DNA from: Abditibacterium sp.
Lineage (GTDB): Bacteria > Armatimonadota > Abditibacteriia > Abditibacteriales > Abditibacteriaceae
DNA length: 64,000 nucleotides
Assembly: GCA_965199495.1 (NCBI GenBank)
Contig: CBDASK010000003.1
Span: 800,001 to 864,000 of the forward strand
Direction: 5' to 3'
Both the position numbers and the translations under genes were made by a program. Shown in pieces: positions 60,601 through 64,000 of the stretch (its first letter is position 1; the number at the start of each line of letters is the position of its first letter). The notes under the pieces are model-generated. The model had not been told where the DNA came from. It ran no database searches and saw nothing but the letters and a program-made list of their open reading frames with translations.

Positions 60601-60847
60601 TCGTTTTTTTTGCGCCGTCAACGGTGCGCGAAAACGTGGCGCCCGTGGGCGTTAAGTCGAGCGAGTAGAAATTTTTTGCGTCTTTGTAATCGAAAACCAA
60701 CGTTTGCGAAGCCACCGGGCGCGGCATATCCCACGAAACGTTGGTGGATGGTTCGGCGGCATCGTCGAGAAATTGGGGCGCGGCATGAACGTGAGGAGCG
60801 CAGAATGCGAGCGCGGACAGTGCAATGGCGAAGCGATATGGAAGCAT
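57668..60847 (-). CDS. Large secreted protein with repeated concanavalin-like beta-sandwich domains
   Basis: Signal peptide; recurring D.KN(Y/F)(Y/L/T) units and FDDVEV. Confidence 0.65.
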   Translation of the reverse strand: MLPYRFAIALSALAFCAPHVHAAPQFLDDAAEPSTNVSWDMPRPVASQTLVFDYKDAKNFYSLDLTPTGATFSRTVDGAKKTINSAPIKWDAKNQIVLQRRPWLMQLVVDDNVALRGFDASFDAGKIGTAPADWGELRVQPLDVVRFDDDFTRIGGEGDDLWKTTGKWQLSTSSEHISTKNADMSSNPFAFQVVSPNAESLATTGRWFWDSYDARVAVRPGGAGQIGMAAYVKDAKNYLAFRWSSEEGDGARQLVRVADGKVTVLAQAKGAFLPKQWYKIGIRTSPGYIEAIVDGVPVLRANNEALGQGGVGLWAKNMDAAEFDDVEVRSYDFLRTAFSNNGAWEKASGDWKLAGGVAAGQNDGLLVTGARNWDGYRAHISAQIKPGATLGYAVGVRDAKNYTAFQISPDKKARIIRVVNGAKTTLFEGDADLAAQTDKDGYARFQIDARNGVLRVKAGDELIAQASAPNLTNGRFGLLAPGATSAAFKDAVIYFPPPPEPPTVATKMEDDAYMVGWASSSGQWPPTPGASGLEFWNTGEFFGDTTLDFPWRASWPSSKFEAALRAKRGDFDSGYLLRASSDQAAKKIEWTLIRGGKTLASATMPYADLPDINTPEGGTLHLQLTGNGLMLLAGETPILSYLDPSPPTGRSMGVRSSGVRVRTEKLLATTANRDDYTFTEAPVDFYAPSGRWNVFSRWPCYGDWSFFGGAGRHPTLWSKRTYGGDVVAEFYAHPQMDLPKEPGYSHPGDLNISLCGDGKNPASGYSFVLAGDNNTATKILRGNKVVAEKTDSGGIFKNTINHNMAWHRVWYYIRASARAATQNGKNGVLVSLSFNDEKLLDYFDPDPLPLYKDGGRVAFWTLDSTMMIARAKIEAEKMGTRALPSGLMEAAYVDTDSAPKTDGLAPVGVVETDIKTAIVAPDKDAWTITNPVAGGIFAVDLNRAPLTATPETKFSMNAAVPAGVKVDLYAMIDDQWHTITIDGGQKPDPMAPVLGAMKNAGNAYSFDIGAALAKEFPGEKSWKIQTLRLGAMQGDAYRWVGFDGNDMDSSYRIANLNWK

Positions 60848-61100
60848 GAGAGGAGAAACGGCAAAGGGATTGGCCAAAATTTTGACCGGTAAAACAGCGT
60901 TAAGACAGGAATACTCAGACGTAGTTTCCCGCTCGAAGGCGCCGAAATTCTTTGAGTCGAGTGAGCAGGCGCAAAACTTTTCGCACTTGAATTGGTGCTT
61001 TTTTGCGCGAATTAGTGTAAAATTAATGGCAGTCCGCACCGCAGGGCCATAAACGCATCAAAGGATGAGATGGCATCGCGGTTTGCTTCACGAGGTTTTT

Positions 61101-62972
61101 ATGGCACTTTCCACCCCTCCCTCCAAGCACACGCAGCGCATGCTGCAACTGCTGGTCTCGAAGAACAAGATTTCCAAAGAGCAAGCCCTGCAAATTTGGA
61201 ACGATTCACAAGGCGACTCGGCACAGGCCGAACAGATCGCGGGCGAAATGAAAGTGCCCGAAGTGGATGTCGTTTCCGCCAAAGCCGAAGCGATGGGCGT
61301 TCCTTTCGTTGATCTGCATAAGACCAAACCTTCGGAAGAATCCAAAGATTTGGTGGATGCCGAAATGCAAGACCGCCTCAAAGCCGTCCCGCTTTATCAG
61401 GAAGGCGACACGTTAGTTGTGGCGATGGATGACCCCAAAAACTTCCACGCCATCGAAGATTTGCGTATTAAAACCGGACGCAAAATCCGCGGCGTTTTGG
61501 CGCCGCCTTCGCAGTTGCTGGCGTTTCGCAATGGCACCAACGGTTTCGCGGCCAAACCCGTTAACAACGACGGCGAAAAAGAAGCGCCCGAAGTCAATCT
61601 CGATGACAATGGCGATTGGGCTGGCAACGACGCGAGCATTGACGAAATGCTCGAAGGTTTGAAGCCCGTCCAAAAGATAGCCAACCTCGACGCAAAAAAT
61701 AGCAACAAAAATAAGCGCACGGCGGAAGATACCGACCGCGATGACAATGACGTCGCTGAACTCGATCCCAGTTCCATCGCGGGCGATAAAGAGGCGGGCG
61801 AAGAAGCGCCCATCATTCGCATCGTCAACACGATTTTGCTTTACGCCATTAAAGAAGGCGCTTCGGATATTCATATCGAGCCGCAATCCAAAGGCGTGCG
61901 CGTGCGCTACCGCATTGACGGCGTGTTGCACGAGCAGATGAAAATTCCGCAATACGTCTTGAACCCGCTCATTTCGCGCGTGAAAATCATGTCGGAGATG
62001 AACATCGCCGAACGCCGCATCCCGCAAGACGGTCGCATCAAAATCACCATGCAGGGGAAGGAATTCGACATGCGCGTCAACACCTGTCCGTCGGTCTTTG
62101 GCGAAAAGATCGTTATGCGTATTCTGGATAAATCTTCGGTTATGTTGGGTTTGGATAAAATCGGACTTTACGAAGATATGCAGGCGATGTTGCTCGATAT
62201 TGCCCTCCAACCCAACGGCATGCTGATTGTGTGCGGCCCGACCGGTTCGGGCAAAACCACGACGCTTTATTCGCTTTTGAACGTGGTTTCGACGATTGAG
62301 AAAAACGTCTCGACCGTCGAAGACCCGGTTGAGTATCAGTTGCCCGGCCTGACGCAGGTGCAGGTCAACCGCAAAGCCGGTTTGACATTCGCGACGGCAT
62401 TGCGCGCGTTCTTGCGCCAAGACCCCGACGTGATTATGGTTGGAGAAATCCGCGACCTTGAAACCGCCGAAATCGCGGTTCAGGCGTCGCTAACCGGTCA
62501 CCTTGTGTTATCTACGATTCACACTAACGATGCGCCTTCGAGCGCGACGCGTTTGGGCGACATGGGCGTCGAACCGTTCTTGATTTCGGCTTCGATGTCG
62601 GGCGCGTTGGCTCAACGATTGGCGCGACAGATTTGCAAAAGCTGCAAGGAAGAATATGAGCCACCGCGCGAGACTCTTTTGCGCTTTGGTTTCGACCCGC
62701 TCAAACATCCCGATCAGAAGTTCTACCGTGGGCGTGGCTGCGATGTCTGCAAGCAAACCGGCTACAAAGGCCGCACCGGCATTTACGAGTTGATGCAAAT
62801 CAATGAAGAGTTGCAGGAACTTATCGTGCGCCGCGCACCTGTGACTGAAGTTAAAGAAGCGGCACGCGCCAATGGCATGATGACGTTGCAGGAAGATGGC
62901 TTCCGCAAATGTAAAGATGGTCACACGACCGTGGAAGAAGTCATGCGCGTTGTGTTCACGGGCGGGCATTAA
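61101..62972 (+). CDS. pilB: Type IV pilus assembly ATPase (PilB/GspE family)
   Basis: ASDIHIEP, GPTGSGKTTTLY, LRQDPDVIMVGEIRD and tetracysteine motif. Confidence 0.93.
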   Translation: MALSTPPSKHTQRMLQLLVSKNKISKEQALQIWNDSQGDSAQAEQIAGEMKVPEVDVVSAKAEAMGVPFVDLHKTKPSEESKDLVDAEMQDRLKAVPLYQEGDTLVVAMDDPKNFHAIEDLRIKTGRKIRGVLAPPSQLLAFRNGTNGFAAKPVNNDGEKEAPEVNLDDNGDWAGNDASIDEMLEGLKPVQKIANLDAKNSNKNKRTAEDTDRDDNDVAELDPSSIAGDKEAGEEAPIIRIVNTILLYAIKEGASDIHIEPQSKGVRVRYRIDGVLHEQMKIPQYVLNPLISRVKIMSEMNIAERRIPQDGRIKITMQGKEFDMRVNTCPSVFGEKIVMRILDKSSVMLGLDKIGLYEDMQAMLLDIALQPNGMLIVCGPTGSGKTTTLYSLLNVVSTIEKNVSTVEDPVEYQLPGLTQVQVNRKAGLTFATALRAFLRQDPDVIMVGEIRDLETAEIAVQASLTGHLVLSTIHTNDAPSSATRLGDMGVEPFLISASMSGALAQRLARQICKSCKEEYEPPRETLLRFGFDPLKHPDQKFYRGRGCDVCKQTGYKGRTGIYELMQINEELQELIVRRAPVTEVKEAARANGMMTLQEDGFRKCKDGHTTVEEVMRVVFTGGH

Positions 62973-63058
62973 AGGCAAGGATAAAGGCTGAGTGTAAAGG
63001 ATAAAAATGGGGAGTAGAAATTTTTATCCTTCCATTCTTTTTAATTTAGAGGTGACGA

Positions 63059-63592
63059 ATGACCAGCAAAATTCTAAAAGCCCTGTCCTTGCGAATTGCC
63101 GATTCGGCGAGCATCGAACTGTTGTTAAACGACGGGGGCGGCGAAGAACGGCAGCCACCGCCGCGCAAATTTGTTGTTTCCGATGAGCGCCACCCGGCGC
63201 ATCATTCGCCTGAGCAGTCGCCCGCGCAAACGTTGGCGGTTTGGACGGGACAGGAACCGGGCGAACGCATCGCCAACACGATTCTGTTGTGCGCGATCCG
63301 GGATCGGGCGTGGCAAGTCACTCTCGAACCCGAAGCCGCCGGAGTTAAAGTGCGCTTTCAAATCGAGAGCGGCGTGCGCGAGCAAAAGTTGCCAGCCTTC
63401 GCCCTCGCGCCGATTGTTCGTCATTTTAAAGCTCTGACGAGCGCTCGACAAGCGCCGCCGGAAAACGAAAATTTCGAGTTGTCGGGCGCCGTCTATATCG
63501 CCGTTGACGAACAGTTTTACGAAGTCCAGTTTTCTCCCTTCGCCAACCAATGGGGCAAAGGCGTCGAAGTGCGGCTTTCGCCGCAAAAATAG
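63059..63592 (+). CDS. Stand-alone PilB N2-like domain protein without an ATPase domain
   Basis: RIANTILLCAI...LEP..GVKVRFQI aligns by eye with PilB RIVNTILLYAI...IEP..GVRVRYRI. Confidence 0.65.
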   Translation: MTSKILKALSLRIADSASIELLLNDGGGEERQPPPRKFVVSDERHPAHHSPEQSPAQTLAVWTGQEPGERIANTILLCAIRDRAWQVTLEPEAAGVKVRFQIESGVREQKLPAFALAPIVRHFKALTSARQAPPENENFELSGAVYIAVDEQFYEVQFSPFANQWGKGVEVRLSPQK

Positions 63593-63762
63593 AGTTGAGG
63601 TTGCGTCAAGCAATTTTTGTCAATCGCTTCGGCTGGATGCGCGTCCTCCAATTGTCTTTTTAATTTTGGTATTTAATCAAGGGATACCGTTGTTCCGAGG
63701 CTCTAATCCGCCGCAAATCCACTATTTAACTCGCATTCGTGCGGTTTAAACATTTTCTTCTC

Positions 63763-64000
63763 ATGGCTCAAGCACCCACCCAAATTGGTCGTCCCCCCGC
63801 TGCTGGCGGCGCGACACCCGCGCGTCCTCTGGCTCCCAGCACGAATGGACTGCGTCCGCGTCCGCCGATGCAGCAAGAGATGCCCGGCAACTATCAAAAT
63901 GGCACCGAAGAACCCGTCGCCGCGCCCGTCGAACCGGTCGAACTTTATGAGTTGGATGAAGTTCACCTCGACGAACTTTTGCAGCACGTCATTGATTCCA
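63763..64000 (+). CDS. Probable PilT-family retraction ATPase, N-terminus only (3' truncated)
   Basis: Open frame MAQAPTQ...VHLDELLQHVIDS resembles the PilT start; lies downstream of pilB. Confidence 0.55.
   Translation, partial: MAQAPTQIGRPPAAGGATPARPLAPSTNGLRPRPPMQQEMPGNYQNGTEEPVAAPVEPVELYELDEVHLDELLQHVIDS

Noticed and set aside
142..62740. CAGCCACG as a Chi/KOPS site or an amino-acid artefact
   Set aside because: Both orientations are interleaved in near-equal numbers, and the motif is read in all six frames
62975..63035. AAGGATAAA repeats after pilB
   Set aside because: Too short and degenerate to call an element; may be a weak hairpin
1..64000. CRISPR array or cas genes
   Set aside because: No direct repeats with unique spacers and no Cas-like ORFs; the repeats here are inverted and dispersed

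Overview
A ~64 kb, GC-rich chromosomal segment of a diderm bacterium. Gene content and style suggest Abditibacteriota/Armatimonadota-like lineages (inference only). Housekeeping content: lipid A/Kdo genes (lpxB, msbA, waaA, lpxK, lpxL), radA-yacL-ispD, a GH127/aldehyde dehydrogenase pair, pepP, rluB, a D,D-carboxypeptidase, an alpha-2-macroglobulin locus, feoA-feoA-feoB, secDF, dut, tRNA-Ser, rfbA and pilB/pilT. No CRISPR array, transposase or prophage was seen. The main signals are at the DNA level. (1) The non-palindromic motif CAGCCACG(nCG) occurs at least 45 times by hand count (about one per 1.4 kb), on both strands about equally and in all six reading frames, like an undescribed uptake-sequence or HIP1-type signal. 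(2) At least 21 long intergenic palindromic elements of about 11 families are present, several nested inside one another and some with arms mirroring host flanking DNA. (3) One palindrome family sits in frame inside two protein genes, including waaA, giving nearly the same peptide in both (Rickettsia-palindromic-element-like). Unusual proteins include a sigma factor fused to a beta-rich C-terminal domain, an ADP-ribosylglycohydrolase-phosphatase fusion, a secreted AMMECR1 protein beside a thioester-less macroglobulin, and a stand-alone PilB N2-like domain. Counts and alignments were made by eye.
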